Shown one piece after another: positions 62,990 through 63,256 of a stretch of DNA of 63,256 nt (position 1 is the first letter of the stretch; every line of letters starts with the position of its first letter). The stretch spans positions 132,843,037 through 132,906,292 of the forward strand of contig NC_068982.1 in NCBI RefSeq assembly GCF_001194135.2. Direction: 5' to 3'. A program made the position numbers and the translations under genes. This stretch comes from Octopus bimaculoides. Its lineage: Eukaryota. The notes beneath the pieces are model-generated. The model saw only the letters and a list, made by a program, of their open reading frames with translations. It searched no databases and was not told where the DNA came from.

Positions 62990-63256
62990 CAGGTTACCCA
63001 TGGTGGATAAAGCGCTGACACAAAAAATGAAAAAACATGCAGTTATTGCTGTGATATATGTGGAACACATCAATGTAGAAACCATCAACTTTCTACATGT
63101 TTTAAGATCTTTTGCACACAAAGTTCAGATAGAAATGGAAGACTCTGGCAGGGATATTTCAAACGTATCAAAGAGAAAAAGCTATTTTAAACATTTTTAC
63201 ATTATAACGACACTGCAATTCATCCAATGGGTTCAAAACATTATTGATGATGATCT
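62990..63256 (+). mobile_element. Tc1/mariner (maT-like) transposase N-terminal fragment
   Basis: KKHAVIAVI..EHINVE..NFL.V.RSF.HKV..E...SGRDIS.VSKRK...FIQ.VQNIIDDD. Confidence 0.5.

Overview
This is eukaryotic, AT-rich, repeat-saturated DNA from a gapped draft assembly. The repeat families resemble coleoid cephalopod (Octopus-like) SINEs and RTE LINEs; the species is an inference. The only host gene I can support is an intron-rich cadherin-repeat gene on the minus strand. Nine GT-AG exons between 59664 and 10721 (about 1005 coding nt over 49 kb) join in frame into about 3.5 EC repeats of CDH23/Cad87A/Cad88C type, and the gene is open at both ends. One exon is a 12-nt microexon (PAGQ) and one is cut by an assembly gap. 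The introns hold decayed RTE, R4/Dong-like and L1/Tx1-like LINEs, two Ty3/Gypsy remnants, nested mariners, Tc1/maT fragments, a piggyBac-type MITE, SINEs and microsatellites. The most unusual signal is a set of Penelope-type minimal hammerhead ribozyme motifs. Two lie in tandem 521 nt apart, sense to the host pre-mRNA, inside one arm of a 1.7-kb (TA)n-centred inverted duplication. The introns also carry many fold-back elements. All coordinates were counted by hand; TE boundaries are approximate.
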